A DNA stretch of 64,000 nucleotides from Mytilus edulis (lineage: Eukaryota): assembly GCF_963676685.1 (NCBI RefSeq), contig NC_092344.1, positions 22,134,001 to 22,198,000 on the forward strand. Reading direction: 5' to 3'. How positions within the stretch are numbered: the first letter of the stretch is position 1; every line of letters begins with the position of its first letter. Made by a program: the position numbers and the translations under genes. The notes beneath the pieces were generated by a model. The model had not been told where the DNA came from and made no database searches. It was given only the letters and a program-made list of their open reading frames with translations. Below are positions 35,999 through 49,881 of this stretch, piece after piece.

Positions 35999-37892
35999 AT
36001 TGTGTTATAAATATAATTTATATTATACATGGTTCCTTAGACTTCAGCATTAATTTTACCGGTGTTTATTTTTTTTTCTTATATCTTTATTGATATATAT
36101 GCTCCAGATTGGTATTGAAGCTACTAAGAACAGTCTATAAAATGTATATATAGTGTCCCGAAGGTCAACTTTGGCTGGGTATTTGTCTTATTTATGTTAC
36201 TGTACAGTAGATACATGTTTTTTTAAATAATTGTGCAAAACTTTTTTGACACTTTAATAAAAGAATTCATTATCATTGTTATTATATCTATATGATCAAT
36301 TTGTTTGGCTATTGAGTGTTAAAAGAGGTCTAGAAGTTTTGGAATTGTCCATCCGTACGTCCGTCCTTCCATTTCCTCGTTAAATGATTTTTTGAGTTGA
36401 CTGTTGTATGAAATTTACGTAGTCGTATCTGCACACTGTAGTATAGTTTTGTGTCCCCTTCTTCTCATAACACCCTAATGAAAATAAATTAACTTTCTCA
36501 GAAATTAAACAATATGTGTGCTTCAAATTTGGTCTTTTTTAAATTATATATGGGTTCCCATGGATTTTTCAGTCACTGGGCCGGGACATGGTATCATGGT
36601 TTTCCGCTGAACATCATATTTGTATTTCATTCAGTTTTTTGACGTAAATAATAGTGCAGCAAAGCATTACGGCCAATTGCTTTCACTTTTACAGGGCGAA
36701 AATTAAAGTTAGTTTGTAATTTATCATTATTTTTTGAAGGGTGCAAGCAAAGCGAAAAATTTCTGATAACTCTAAAATAATTCGAATTGTTTTAGTTTAT
36801 ACTATATGTACTGAACCGTTTGTTTAAAAGTTGTCTAAGTTGTCGGACTGCCAAAGCTTAAGCAATGGTTAGAAACTTTGCTTAATTGATGTGGATTAAA
36901 TGATTAGACATAAAGCCTGAGAAAATAAGTAACAGTGTATCTGCATTGCGTTGTTTATTTATTTGACTGCATTCATTAGTGTAGTTTATCTTTTTAAATC
37001 GAGATACAACTTGCAGTCGTTTCAAACGGGTTGCAGGTGTCGAATTCGAAACTGAAAAAATAATTACAAAGTACTGAGACTGAGGACATGATGAGTGAAA
37101 GCCATCAATCAGCGAAAAAGAAAGAGAAAGTCGAACGAAAAATGACTATATAGAACAACTAATCCAATAATTCAAATTTGTTTTTATCCTGAACACGCAT
37201 GAACTATTTGCCATTGGACGTTAATCAACCACCAAACAATCAATCAAATATCTAAAAAGAAATCAACGACAGACCGAAAAACTGACAATTCAATCAAAGT
37301 GTCACACTCTAGAATATGGTCTGATTTTCGGTTGAAGGTTATTTTTTTACGATTGAATACATAACTGCCAAACAAATCACAATAAAAACCACAGACTCTG
37401 TTAGGCATAACATTTTATAATTGAGTATCCTATGATGAATTGCTGCGCATACTTCTCTTTATATTTCAAAGTCCATAAAGCTGCTATTGAGAATAAAACA
37501 AATAAAAAACACGAGAAAACCATGCATCATTTTGTATAAAGTAAGAGGCTTACACATCAGGATTTTTACTGCCGTACTTGAAAGGACTATTACCGAGCAA
37601 GATCCTGTGATTCATGGCAGGAAATGTGTAAAAACATATATCTAATCACGACAGGGTTCAGATTTTACCGTTATTAATACGAATTGGATATGTCGCATGG
37701 GGGAAGAAACTCGACCAAAAATGTCCCGACCGCATTCCGCCTCACCACAATCGATCCAACAGAATCAGAAAGTGAACCGACTAGAGTGTTGTTACGGCTT
37801 CGGTCTGATACATCGATGATAATCTGCCACAACATAGTCACTATTGTAATCTGACTAGACAAAACCGGCGTTTTCTTAATGTAACAATATGA

Positions 37893-38338
37893 TAGAATGA
37901 AATTCAAAACAGCGTGGCTGTGGCTATTGATTGACACATTAAATTCATCCATTGACTGGGACAATTTAAGTGAACGTTTGTATGTAACGACCACTGCTCA
38001 CTATGTACTTTTTAAAGACACTTAAACTATGGGGCCACCAAAGGTTCTCAACACCTTAATAAAGTAATTCGAAAAATTAATCAGAAATAACACGATGTTT
38101 TGATTTAAATCAATTATATAAATCAAAACATAAAGGTTATTCCTGATTATTTTTTCGAATATTTTATAATTAAAGGCGTTAAGAAACCTTTGGTAACCCC
38201 ACAGTTTAAATGTCTATCGTAGGTACGTCGTGAACAGTGGTCGTTACAGACAATCGTTCACGTAAATTGTCCCAGTCAATGGATGAATTTAATGTGTCAA
38301 TCAATGGCCACAGCCACACTGTTTTGAATTTCACTCTA
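37893..38338. mobile_element. Palindromic TA-flanked MITE, family A (copy 3)
   Basis: Near-identical to 35552-35998, same orientation. Confidence 0.92.
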
Positions 38339-38860
38339 AGACATTCCAGATCATCGAGGATAGCAATCCGACCTTATTCACTTTTCGTGTTGTATCGCTG
38401 TTTGTTCGCCAACGAAAGCCAAAATCGGACGCTATAATACATGAATGCAATATATGACCGAGTTAGAAATATGGATAGCAACAGCGCAGCTGTCAACAAA
38501 ACTATACGATTTTTAGAAAAATGTAACTTATTTATTAATAATAAATATATCAACAACAGATTTGTTACAACTATGGTTATATTTTTTTTTAAATGAATGA
38601 TACATAATTATTTCTTTGGTGGCTTCATGTGCATGTATGCATGAAGAGGACTAAGTAAATTTGTTGTCTTCAGTGATGCTAATGCTAAATAGCTGATAAT
38701 GTCCATTTTTACCAAGAGAGATCTTTAGTTGAATTTGAAATTGACCGAGCAGCTACAGATTTTAAAAGTTAAAATACATTATTCTGTAATCTTAAAAATA
38801 TGAACAACAAAAAGAACGTAACAACTAAAATTTCAAAGTAGAATAAATAATCATGAACAA

Positions 38861-41800
38861 TTAGTTCTTGTTTTCTCCAGGGAGAATGCAACATGAAATT
38901 CCTAAAGCTGGATATGCCATCGGTTCGCATTCTGTCAAGGTTAGACTTTCTACATCCAAACACTCCACATCAGCCAACACGCTTCCTTCCTGTGAACTGA
39001 CGCCGCCAAGAATGTAGATTTTCGAGCCTGTATAATATAAAATTGCAAATTATCATTCCATCAATTACATGTATGTAAAATAACGCCAAAATAAACTTTA
39101 GAGAATCATGTTCATAACAGCGTAGACAACCACAAAACGTATGTTGGTATTAATACTGTACTTATTTGATCATCAACTATCGACAACAGTGATTGTGCGC
39201 TCACTCAGTCAGTAATAGACCTTCCAGTGGATATTTAAATAGAATAAAAGAGTGCAGTACATGCAGGTGCACGATAAGAAAAAAAAAAAGGTTTTAAGCC
39301 TTTAATATCATTAAACTGCACTAGCTGCGCTTTCGGTAAATAATTTCTCTTTATTAAAGCTCAAGACTAAAAACGTTGACACTCCAAAACCTAACACAAA
39401 TGACATAAACCAGTGCCGGACACCAATAGCAATTATTACTATCCGCAATGCTGACTTCTTAAAGTTGGAATGCCAATGTATAACTTACCTATTGCAGCGG
39501 TGCCGCAATCATGTCTTGGAATCATTATATCTGTGACCTTATCCCAAATATCGTCTTCCTCGTTGTAACAATAGACACTGGACAGACTCGTAACCGCTGA
39601 CGAAGTATCTGACATGTTGGATCCTCCAATCAAATAAAGCTTGTCTTCCACAACGACTAAATTTGCATGGCAGCATGGAGTAGGCAATGGTTCTTTTACC
39701 GTCCAACTACAAAACAGTAAAGTTTCTTCGTCATTTAATTCATAAATACACACAGAAATCTAGAGATGCTAAAGGGAATCTCAAAACAAACTGTAGAAGA
39801 TTCTGTTTACTTTCATTTGCTTTCAAAACGTTATGTTTCAACCTCTTGTACATACATGAAGATTTTATAAAGGAGTAAATTGTGTAAATAAAAATCGGAT
39901 GTTGCTTGTTAAGGATCCTATACTTGTTTCGATGTTGCATTCAGAAATAACACACACACACACACAAAAATAACATTTGCAGAATTAATATTGTGTTTGA
40001 TCTATATATGTTTTATTGTTATTAACTGGCTGTTTCTGTATTGGCACATGTATAGATTCAAGGTTTGCTGTAATGGACCCGAGACCCGTAGGATCGAGGG
40101 CCAATACAGCTGACCGAGAATCGATCAGAATCTATACCAGTGCCAATACAGAAACAGCCAGTTCATAACACTTTTATTAAATATTCCAACTTTTTCAATA
40201 CAGACTTGTTCTGTATGTTGTATTACATACATCAAATGTGTATATAGGGCCAATATTTCCAATACGGACTGGCAATGAATCCTGAATTACATGCACAATA
40301 TATGTAGTTCAAGATACATTGCCAATCCGTATTGGAAATATTGGACCGGGCCGAAAGCAATATAGATCACGTGATTTATATGACCAGTACGACGTCACCA
40401 GTATGACACATGCCGTTTTGGTAGTATTAGGGCTGATTTAATCGTATTATTTAATAATAATTTGAATGTGTCGTTTCAATTTATTTTGGGGCAAATGGTC
40501 AATGAATTACTAACCCAACAACAACAAAACTAACAGACGTCGTTATTACATTTTTACCGACGACCATTCGTGATTGAGTATAAGCATGAAACATATATAT
40601 ATATATATAGGAGAAATGGCCATGCCTCTTTTATAGGTACATAAAATCACACAGAATAGTACATGGTCCCAATTCATTAATCAATTGAAGAAAACTCGGT
40701 TGTTTGGATTCCTTCCATTCCCGAATGCACATTATCACTGTTAAAAAAGATACCATTAATGCCATGTCTTTTTAAAAAGTTAATTTATTTGATATAGAAG
40801 TCAATTCAAGTCGAATTCAGACATTATCTGACGTACTTTGTAAAAAAAATATTATAAAGTGTTAACTATTATATCGAATTTGACAAATATAATCTTGGCA
40901 ACTTGAATACAATCTGCTTGGTTTTAATTCAGTCTTTTTTCAGGACTTGTTAGTGGTCTAATTATTCTCGATTATAACTATGATGATCTTTACGTCTAAA
41001 GATAACGCATAAACAACATTTTAAAACATTTATGAGTTAATATTGACTGATTTAAAACGTTTGACCTTATAAAAGATTTTAACATGGTTTATTTTTTGAA
41101 GACTAAATGTTGATAACGATTTCGTCAACGTATGGTATAATGCTTTGGACGACTTACATCTAAAACGATTCATTTGGGTCCGGCTCATATCTAATTTGTC
41201 ATTAACAGTGTGCAGAATGATGATTTTAGGGCTGCAAGGCTCATATCTAATTTTGTCATTAATGGTGTGCAAATTGATAATTTTAGGTAATATTTTTAAA
41301 TTCAAGACGTTTATGAACTCATAGTCACATAACAAGTGACTTTCTATAAAATGATATTCCGACTATATCATTATGTTTATGGAAAATATTATGCGTCAAT
41401 TTATAATCATCCTGCATTTTTCGTTTTAAAAATAAAGATATGGTCATTGTCACCTAGTTGTACGCTTAAATTATGAACGAAGGATTCAAAATACTGAGTA
41501 CGCCAGGGTATATTTTTGATGTACTCGTTTTCGCCTGCGTCCAAGCAGTCTGTTGTATATAAAAAGAAAACAGACGATTAAATATCTATATTTGCTAGGA
41601 GAACAAGAGAAAAGCACAGCGAGCCTCGTTTGTGTTTCTATATTCGGATAAATTATATACTTACTTATTTGTCCTTGGATTATAACACTCGACAGTATCA
41701 AGAACGATTTTATTGTTCATTGTCTCATAGAAGCCGCCAACTACATACAGTAATCCATGGTAGCCAGCTGTAGCCATGCCAATCTTTGCTTCTGTCATAC

Positions 41801-44800
41801 TTTCTGTAAAGCCCCAAATATCGGTATCAGGATTGTAATATTCAACTGTATTCATGGGCCTGTTAAGAATAGATACACATACGTTTTTTATCAAGATAGT
41901 AACATCTCGTATGGATCAACAAGTATTTACAAGCAAAATGTTTATAAACATTTTTAAAAAGCTTCACCCAGAATTGGTTATGAATTATTTAAAATAAAAG
42001 TTTTAAATTTTTACGAGAAAGTATTTTCAGTCCAAAACCAATGTACTGAAAATTCTCTGGACGCTTCTAACCTTCCGTCCGCATTATGTCCTCCCACTGC
42101 ATAAAGAACACCCTCCAGTACTGCCAGTCCATGGTACATTCTTGCTGTTCTCAAAGAAGCTGTACGTGTCCAGTAATTTCCCTCTGGGCAAAACCGGAAG
42201 CATGTGTCTGTCGGATTGGCAAGGTTTTCTTGTTCATCAGGTAAGATGATAGAACCAGCTGAAAACCACCGAAAAAAGATAGCATTTATCTTTTGAATTC
42301 TCATTAAATGACGTTTTTCTTTGGATGAAAATCAGCTTTGTCAACTTCACAGTTTAAAAGTGTTATTCAAAAATAGTATTGACCTCACAAAAGGCTTCAA
42401 TTGTAGTTTGTGTAAAGTAAATTTGCTTTTATTTGCAGAAGAAAAAAACATTATGGCGCGGTGAAATTAGTTGTGTTTGCGAATTTAGTATTGCATAAGT
42501 AATTGGTCTTTTCCCTTATAATACATGAACATCTTTTATTTCCCATCTAACCCTGGGCCGCTAACAGATCTTAATTGAAAACTACATTGAGTTTGCTGTA
42601 TGAATCTCTTACCAACAACATAGATGTAGCCGTCTAGAATAGCAGTGCCTAGATGGTGCCTCGGTTCAGGGAGTGTAGATACTACTTTCCAAGTATTGGT
42701 TTGGGGATTGTACTGCTCAACTAGCTTACTGGAATAGGTGCTCTCTGGACTGTATGGATTGATACCACCTACTACCAAAATGGTTGAAGGTTTTATAGGA
42801 GCAGGGTGTGGACTATAAAATGCCGTTGCCTGTGTGGGCTGTTGATGCAGAGATCCTCCTAGATAAAGCTTGCGCTTAGTCTGTGGTGGTTGGTTCAGAT
42901 TTATTGGCGCTTGGTTCACGTGCATTGGCATCTGTGGTATCTTATTTATTGGATCTCTGTTGTCCGTTATCGAACCTCGACGAGACACATATGGAGAAGT
43001 AACTTTGTCCTTTGATGGAGTCACTCTAGTTCCATTCTGTGCAGATTCTCTACCTGGCTGGGGAACCCCTGGGCCGCTACCAGTTGAATGTCTCTGTGCA
43101 AAAATATATCATTATAGTCACAATACTTTTTACTACTAGAAAAAGCAGTCTTTGAAAATAATAAATTTGTAACTTAACCATTCACCTTATCGAAATTACT
43201 AAAACATCTCCACTTTGAATCGCGTGTTTCTTATTGATTACAAGATTGACAAGCTAGTATAAAAAAGATGTGGTATGATTGCCAATGAGACAACTCTCCA
43301 CAAGAGATTGGGTTTTCTTTTCTCATTTTCATAGATCTATATCTCATCTTGATCTAAAACATTTCTCTATATTTTGAAAATGACATTAGAATGGAAAGTG
43401 TGTCGACTCCCCCTTTAGCAATGTGATTTACCATCAAAAACTATATAGATTGGACCTTTGTCTCTTGTGGCAACAACATACTGGTAATGGTAGTATTCAG
43501 CCACAAATGCTCAGGAACATTTGCGTTTTTGAAATCGGTAATGATATAACGTACACGAGTTTTCATAAACCAATTAACATTTTATTCTTTTTAGTCCAAA
43601 AACGTAATTTATGCTTCAGACCTCTTTTTTTAGACTGCAGAAATTTTGCTGTGTAATTTTTGGTACATATGTAAACTAAGGACATGGAAATTACTAGAAA
43701 ATGGGCTAATAATGTGCCTCTGGTATCTTTCATCCCTCTTCGTTAAAGGAGAAGGTTCACGAAGGGTTAAAATTGGCCCTGATTTTTTTTATGTTTTTTA
43801 AATTGGGGCAAAACATTACAAATGTCCCATAGAAATACTTGTGATAATACTACTAAGACAAAAATATTTTTTCTGGCACTTTCCTTTACTATTTATGGAG
43901 CAATGACCCCTTCAATGAGTACAATTTGTATTGAAAGGTCAATTTTGGTACTTTTTGTCCATAATTTTAATTGTTTTTGACATAATTAACCTTGGCCTCG
44001 ATCAACGATCCAAAAAGTGTTTATATTGATGAAATCTATATCAAAATTGGAATCTTTTGGTTACAACACATTCCGGATCGTAGGTGGCCGCCAATGTGTT
44101 TCAAAAGCTTTTATGTCTGAAAAATGCACAAAATCATCATATTTTGACAAAATGTCCAAAATGGGCTTACTTTGGCGAATATCTTGTAGTCCTATGAAAA
44201 GAACTGATATATTTAGCATTTATACTTTTGAAATAGACCCATTTACGAACCAAATTGAGACCTTTTTGGTGTTTTATGATAAAGTTGATATTTAGGCCAT
44301 TTTGTGCCATTAGTGAACCTTGTCCTTTTGCATAAACTCTTTAACCAAAATTTTTTAAAAAAATCCCACGTTTTTCGTGGTTTTTACTTATACCAAAACC
44401 GTAAGTTGGTTAATACATTATTGCGCACGTGATCTAAGTTTGCGAGTAGAACATTGTTTAAAATAAGATATTGATTAGTTTGCTATTGTCCTAATGTTTA
44501 AAAGGATATTTGAGTTAAATTCATATGAAACCTCAAATTAAAAAAAAAATATGCATATGTTTTTTAAAACTAAATGGATAGTTTTCATTATACAACTTAT
44601 GTACATATACTTTTTTCTGAGGAAAATTCTTTAATTTGTCCACATTTAGAAGAAGTTTACTTATTTTTAATTGCTTGCTGCGAGGAAGCAATTCGCCGAC
44701 ATATTTCCGTATGTATAGTGACCTAAGCGTGACCCTCCTCGTAAAAATCCGGTGATAGCAATACGCATGAATCTGTCATTAAAATAAACAATTACCTGAT

Positions 44801-47800
44801 TGTATATGTTAAACACGTGCTTAAAGGAGACGTGACACAATTTTTTTTTTTTAAATTAATTAATAAATATTGGTCAAATAACATATTGTAATAATTTTTT
44901 CTTGTCAAAACCTCATTTAGCGGCCTTTTAATGGCCAAAGAATCCAGCGCTTGTTGATTATTTACTATAAGGTGGCAATCGGTAAACTTCGGCTTCAAAA
45001 CACGGCATTTAATGAGTAGCCATATTTGCTAAATCATAACAGACAGATAGAAAAAAAATTGACGATTATACGATATATTTGCGTTAAAAAAAATGATAAA
45101 ATCGTGCACAGAGGACTAAGTTTATGATATATACATGCATTGGTTCAAGAATTGGATGAACATTATTTTTCACCAGTCACTCGTTTCTTATGACTTTAAG
45201 CAATCAACAATGAAAACTATTGATATTTGCTTTTATCAGGCAAAGATGGTGGTAATATCTCAACTATTAGTCAACCATCAGATCTTTTAAGTTTCTCAGA
45301 GTAAACAGTACATCAGTACTTTTATAAATAATGTTGGTGCAGTACTCTCTTTCAGTTACCTAGTAATATTAGTATTGGTCTCGACATAGAAGTTCCGAAC
45401 CTCTTTTACTTTAGGGTCACTGTACTTTATGGTTTGGGTTTGTTAAGGATAAAGTTAGGGGTAGTTTCTTATATGGCTCAATATATGTTTGAACCCCTTA
45501 AGTAACAGAAGGCCTAAATCAAATTTCTGATATACGTAAACGAGTGTAGGATTGGTATAAAAGATGGTCAGGGATAGTTCATTTATCTTTGAAAAAACTT
45601 ACACGAGGTGCTGGTATGGATCTACAAGAGTAACTCTGGTTTTGTTCTGCGTTACTGTAACCAGTTATGCTAAATGGAACTTGATGAGCTTGTCTTTTGC
45701 TCTCTTGGTTTGAGTGCATTGGTGACCTTTTCTCGAGTGCCTGTGTCCTGAAATGAAAATAAAATAAAATGCAAAAGTGACCGCTTATATTGTATATAAA
45801 TGCGCAAAAAGATTTTTTTTAAATGCAATATTTTTTTATACAAACACATAACTGTTGATAAAAGTTATATCTGTTATTGTTGGAACATACATTTTATACC
45901 ACTTATTCAGCCAGGAATAAATAACGTAATACTTATTCCTTGATATTTCTTACTTTTGAGACTTATATTATAAATGAATTTCTATTCCAAGACATAAACA
46001 AGAGTGCACACACTGAAATGTCTCGACTTCTTTACTAATCATTGATATTATGTTGATAGTCCTAAGTATAAAGATTTATTACAACTGTCACATAAACTTA
46101 TCATTAACCAAGATAGCTAAACAAAGACCAATGTACCATGAAAATGAGGTCAAGGTCAGATGAACTATGCCAGGCAGTTATGTACAGCTAACAAAGCTTC
46201 CATACAACAAATATAGTTGACCTATTACTTATAGTTTAAGAAAAATAGACCAAAAACACATAAACTTAACACTGTGCAATGAACCGTGCAATTGAGGTCA
46301 TGGTCAAATAAAACCTGCGGGACTGACATAAAGATCATAATATATTTCCATACAATAAATATAGTTGACCTTTGGCATATAATATTAAATAAAAAGACCA
46401 AAACTAAAAAAAACTTAACTTTGACCACTGAACCATGAAAATGAAGTCAAGGTCAGATGACATCTGCCCGCTAGACATGTACACCTTACTATCATTCCAT
46501 ACAACAAATATAGTAGACCTATTGCATATAGAATGAGAAAAACAGACCAGAACACAAAAACTTAACTATAACCACTGAACCATGAAAATGAGGTCAAGGT
46601 CCGATGACACCTGCCAGTTGGACATGTACACCTTCCAGTCCTTCCATACACCAAATATACTAGCCCTATTGCTTATAGTATCTGAGATATGGACTTGACC
46701 ACCAAAACTTAACCTTGTTCACTGATCCATGAAATGAGGTCAAGGTCAAGTGAAAACTGTCTGACGGGCATAAGGACCTTGCAAGGTACGCACATACCAA
46801 ATATAGCTATCCTATTACTTATAATAAGAGAGAATTCAACATTACAAAAATTCTGAACTTTTTTTTCAAGTGGTCACTGAACCATGAAAATGAGGTCAAG
46901 GACATTGGACATATGACTGACGGAAACTTCGTAACATGAGGCATCTATATACAAAGTATGAAGCATCCAGGTCTTTCACCTTCTAAAATATAAACCTTTT
47001 AAGAAGTAAGCTAACGCCGCCGCCGGATCACTATCCCTATGTCGAGCTTTCTGCAACAAAAGTTGCAGGCTCGACAAAAATGATTGAAAATGCGTTTCGA
47101 TAATTTCGATAATTGACCAATTTAAATTACCGATTTAAAGGAGTAGAGTACAGCACATAACTTTATCCATAAAATTAGTTCCTAGAAAAAACATGATGTT
47201 ATAAAATGTCCTAGTAGGAGTTATCGTATGAAGTTCCATTGTGTCGGTATTTCTGTTATGGTGATTGAACTATTGCGTTAACTTGAGAATTTCATTGATG
47301 AAATTTTATTACATTTGTGCATTTACGCTAGAAACCTCTAACAAAGGACACAATAATGAATAAAACGTTGCAATACATACTTACTTGAATGCAATGTATA
47401 ACATTTCTTTGCACTGTGGTAATTTGAATATTTCTGTCTGTGGTTCGACGTGTTTAACAAGGTCCTCAGCAGAAATGATAGAAAAACGAACACATTGAAG
47501 TAGTTGAGGAGCGTAACTAAGACGCTCTTGTCTATTGAAATCAATCCAAGAAACAATGGCGAAGAATATTTCGAGCTCGTTTCCAACCTTAACCCTTAAA
47601 GCGTCTCTTTGTAATATTTTGATTACCATATCGTATCGGCTGTGCAAAAAACTCTCTTTTCTGCTAATGTCAGAAAAGTTATCATACACCGAAGCTTCCA
47701 TTTTCTCCAAAATATCACTAAAGCCATGTTTTTCTGCAATCTGCATCAAAAACAATACATTTGTGGAATCGAAGTTCACTAAATGTTGCCTACAAAGGAA

Positions 47801-48448
47801 TATTGCTGCTGACACTCCAAGTTGCTTGGCACAACTAAGAAGTGTTTCTACATTTGCATCTGTAATTTTTAATTGATTTGTGTAAATATAATTAAGTATG
47901 TCTTCAGTAGCTTCAATTGAAGCGTTCAAGAGGTTGACTTCTGACAAAGTTGACGGTAGTCTTTGTCTTTCACAATACCTAGATGTGAACTTTTCACTGT
48001 GGGCAGCTAATGCCAGCTTATGAGCTAGAAATTCCTTTCCGTTTACACGAATAACGATATCACAGAGTTGTTGTTGTGTCCACAGATCATACAAAAATTC
48101 GGAAAGTTCTTTACCACCTTCATTGCCGTTTGCAGAATTGCAAGTATTTTTTCCTCGCTCAATAGCGTTTCCAGATATGTTTTCGAATCTACTTAAACTT
48201 TTTGCCCTTGTTTCATATTCTTTGTAAATTGATTTCAAGTTTTCCATTTCGACTGCATTCTTGCCCGTTTGTTCCTTTGTTTTCAAACTTCCAATAGAAA
48301 AATCCAAGGCATTGCGATCTTTGGTTGGTTCATCTTCTTTGGGAGTCAAAAAGTCTCCTAAACTCTGTCTTTCTCGTTTCACCCTTGCTTTATTTGGGGT
48401 TCGGCGCATTACTTTACTGGAGTTGGCTTCTCCGCCACCGTCCATCAT
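38861..48448 (-). CDS. BTB-BACK-Kelch protein (kelch-like, scruin-like propeller), ~818 aa
   Basis: Exons 48448-47385 (BTB: LCDIVIRVNGKEFLAHKLALAAHS; BACK: ELEIFFAIVSWIDFN..ER...LLQCVRF), 45747-45603, 43093-42613, 42258-42072, 41859-41665, 39706-39489, 39027-38861. All GT-AG, 2457 nt in frame; six kelch blades (ILVVGG, YVVAG, YAVGG, YVVGG, YLIGG, YILGG). Confidence 0.92.
40017..40457. mobile_element. Multi-hairpin repeat element in a kelch gene intron
   Basis: Hairpin 40017-40170 (tgttattaactggctgtttctgtattggcac / gtgccaatacagaaacagccagttcataaca), a second hairpin at ~40249-40343, and an internal ttattaaata (40174) inverted to terminal tatttaataa (40448). Confidence 0.6.
43747..44326. mobile_element. 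Kolobok-like non-autonomous element
   Basis: ttaa-aggagaaggttcac ... gtgaaccttgtcct TIR; left TTAA intact, right flank degenerate (tttg). Confidence 0.6.
44519..45195. mobile_element. Kolobok-like non-autonomous element (TTAA TSD)
   Basis: ttaa-attcatatgaaac ... gtttcttatgact-ttaa; imperfect TIR with TTAA on both sides. Confidence 0.6.
45997..47079 (+). mobile_element. HINE-like element carrying a ~148-bp tandem repeat array
   Basis: Starts aacaagagtgc; six ccatgaaaatgaggtcaaggtc-type units (~46135, 46283, 46433, 46580, 46727, 46882); (gcc)n; 3' hairpin tgtcgagc...ctgcaac aaaa gttgcag gctcgaca-aaaa. Confidence 0.75.
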
Positions 48449-49881
48449 TTTGTATGCTTCTCCATTTCCATGGTTCAGTTCTTGACGTCATAATACCTAA
48501 AGACGTTGCGAAATCAATGCACTGAACAAGGAATTGTATTCGAAGTTAGGCAACGTATACGTATTTGTACGATATTAAGGAATCATATAAAGTTTTGCAT
48601 GGAATTGCCACTCGTTGAACTTTATCAGAATATAAAAAAAGTATAGAATTAGCTTGATTACTCGAAATAAGTTCATATAATTTTGTTAAAAGCACACAAA
48701 TGTCCAAAATATCACCCAATAACCAATATTTGGACTACTTTAAATCTATTTTAATTTAAATTGATGCTAATATCCAAAAACTCAGGTAATTTGAAACAGA
48801 TAACTCAAATAAAGTTGATCAAGACGAAATAATAGTGTCCGTAAAAATGCAAAAGACAAGCATGATAGAATAATTTCTGTTAAAGCGATACATTTAGCAA
48901 CCCATAAAAAACACAAATCAATATAGTGTCCATATAAAACTTTCATCCCTTTGACGTTATTTTTGAAAATCCGCATTTACTTGAAGGCTAAGCATTAACA
49001 CCATTTGTCGACTTTGAATTGGCTGTTCAGAACAAACTAATTTGACTAGATTGATGTGCCACTAGTTGCAGTAAATAATCTGTTAAATTTGCCGCCACTT
49101 CAATGCTGGACCGTTTCCAAATCAATTGAGGAGTGCAAATAGGGTTTCAAAATTGAAGTGTTCCAGTATATACAGACCTAGAATGGTTTGGTATGTAGCC
49201 GTTCTGCGTGTAGGCGCCGCAGTTTTAATCATTTCTTTTGATGCTTTCAACTTTTTAAATGGTAAATGTAAACTACATATGTACGTCAACTTTTATTTAT
49301 TTCTACCTTGTAATATTTTTAATTAAAGTTCAGTATGCTTTTTCTATATTAACGTAGTATAGAAAGTTCCTGGTTTAGTGTAAAGTTTTTTGGTGCATTA
49401 CATTTACAGATCTAGATTATACTTATTTATTTATTTTGTAAGTATTATTTTCGAGCAGGATACGTCCGCTTTATTATGCACAGGCACTTAGTTCTGGAAC
49501 TATGTACAGATATAAATGTAAAACATGGCAAGTCTAAAGATTTTAAGTTCTCAGTGATTTTTCAAGTCGATTGTTCTAAACATTTCAAGCACACCACAAA
49601 ACACTAAACAATACTATAAGTACTTGAATGTGCTGCGTAAGATTGCTCATTGTATTGAGCATGGAATGATGGTTTGTAGTACGTATGGATTCTGCTGATG
49701 CTAGTCATGCCCAAAGACTTTGAGGGAATGAAGAATTTGCTGAAATACCTAAATGCAAGTACACACTTTACTGATGTAATCTCATTGCAATTTATACCAT
49801 AAATCTCACTATAATACATAAACCAAATATATATTTGCCGACTGCCCAACGTAATCTAATACATTGCACAAACATTATAAA

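Noticed and set aside
37674-38437. ORFs starting MVVT...SQSMDEFNVSIN
   Set aside because: Read from the arms of palindromic MITE family A.
46135-46910. Regularly spaced conserved motif, superficially CRISPR-like
   Set aside because: The intervening sequences are homologous to each other (tandem monomers), the context is eukaryotic and there are no cas genes.
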